A stretch of 64,000 nucleotides of DNA, taken from a virus. The notes below the pieces were generated by a model. It was not told the DNA's origin, ran no database searches, and was given only the letters and a program-made list of their open reading frames with translations. A program made the position numbers and the translations under genes. This document shows, in pieces, positions 63,291 to 64,000 of the stretch. Within the stretch, counting starts at the first letter, position 1, and the number at the start of each line of letters is the position of its first letter. The DNA lies in IMG/VR virus record IMGVR_UViG_3300032007_000018, positions 72,445 to 136,444 of that record, one strand, 5' to 3'.

Positions 63291-64000
63291 ATGGAACAGC
63301 ATTTTGATATAGAGCAAATTAAACAAGATGTGGCCGAAGTCCTAAGTTATTCTTAGGGCTTCGACAGCAAATTAGATGGAATTTCATCTATTATTGACGA
63401 TTGGCTTAAAAATAAACAATTTTTTATTGAAAAAATGGGCGGTAATCTAATTTATCAGTGCGATGAACCAGTTTCCTTTGAGCTGGACAATGAGGCTAAG
63501 TGTGATAAATTGGATCATTTTGCCAATCAAGTCGATGAACATTATAATAACTTTCCATTAAGTAATTTCCTTAGTAGTCTTAGTGTTGAAGACTTTTATA
63601 ACAATAAGACGAGCAAAGAATATATTACATATTATAAAGATGTGATTATTCCTAAAAACTATAAAGTTGTAAAAGCATTTAAATTCTTCGAGAAGGACGT
63701 TGATAGACTTAAACAACTACAAAGCGAAGCAAGCAGAATCATTCAAGAGAATATTATCTCTGGATATTTATGCTTCTCAGTTCATCCTTTAGATTATTTA
63801 AGTATAAGCGAAAATGCTCATAACTGGCGTTCATGCCACGCCCTAGATGGGGAATATCGTTCTGGTAATATGAACTATATGGTTGATGATACTACAGTTG
63901 TATGCTATCTGCGCGCAGATAAACAAGCTATTTTACCACATTTTCCAGATACAATTCCGTGGAATTCTAAAAAATGGCGAGTTTTATTGTTCTTTTCCAA
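63291..64000 (+). CDS. Paralog of 58039..59736, TAG-recoded. The gene runs past the window end, so its 3' part is missing.
   Basis: ATG at 63291. In-frame TAG at about 63355. HPLDYLSISENAHNWRSC...WNSKKWR aligns with 58039. Confidence 0.55.

Noticed and set aside
1-64000. Integrase, attP, lysogeny repressor and toxin-antitoxin modules
   Set aside because: No tyrosine or serine recombinase motifs, no Cro/CI-like pair and no toxin partner for the AbrB-like proteins could be recognised. The lifestyle is therefore not determinable from this window.

Overview
This window looks like a slice of a tailed dsDNA phage or prophage from a low-GC Gram-positive host, judging by strong AAGGAG ribosome-binding sites, sigma-A type TGnTATAAT promoters with A-tract UP elements, and two AbrB-type regulators. 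It has three modules.

1. Late/structural operon, 1-28745, minus strand, about 33 percent GC. It reads leftward from a divergent promoter region at 28750-28870 and carries, in order: a Zn-ribbon protein, an acidic putative small terminase, the large terminase, a GIY-YIG homing endonuclease, a Vsr/DUF559-like endonuclease, the portal, a protease/scaffold, capsid proteins, head-tail and neck proteins, the major tail protein, a tail assembly chaperone, and a tape measure gene of about 9.2 kb. Every long gene here is broken into pieces in the six-frame track only at TAG, and the pieces stay in one frame, so TAG is read as a sense codon, most likely Gln (code 15-like). TAA and TGA are the real stops.

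2. Early module, 31300-49250, plus strand, roughly 55 percent GC and very different in composition. About 45 small genes sit in a highly regular array. Each has its own near-identical promoter cassette: a CCCGGG box, an A-tract, cTTGACA, 17 bp, then TGcTATAcTATAAT, then an AAAGGAGAT ribosome-binding site. These genes never contain TAG and never use TAG as a stop. The module also holds a tRNA-Lys(CUU), several promoter-driven ORF-less structured RNAs, and paralog families with a conserved 5' UTR hairpin that shows covariation.

3. Right module, 49400-64000, AT-rich. It uses a second promoter class (TTGATTTTTATAAAAAATTAT..TATAATATATATAGAAAAT) and has iteron arrays flanking a TAG-recoded helix-turn-helix gene, which is a candidate origin of replication. 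It mixes standard-code and TAG-recoded genes, including a third GIY-YIG endonuclease, a putative M20-family peptidase fused to Zn-ribbons, and a small HExxH protein.

Coordinates are approximate for two reasons. Recoded genes were delimited by hand, and in a few places my reading of the printed sequence and the ORF track disagree by 1 nt, mostly in homopolymer runs.
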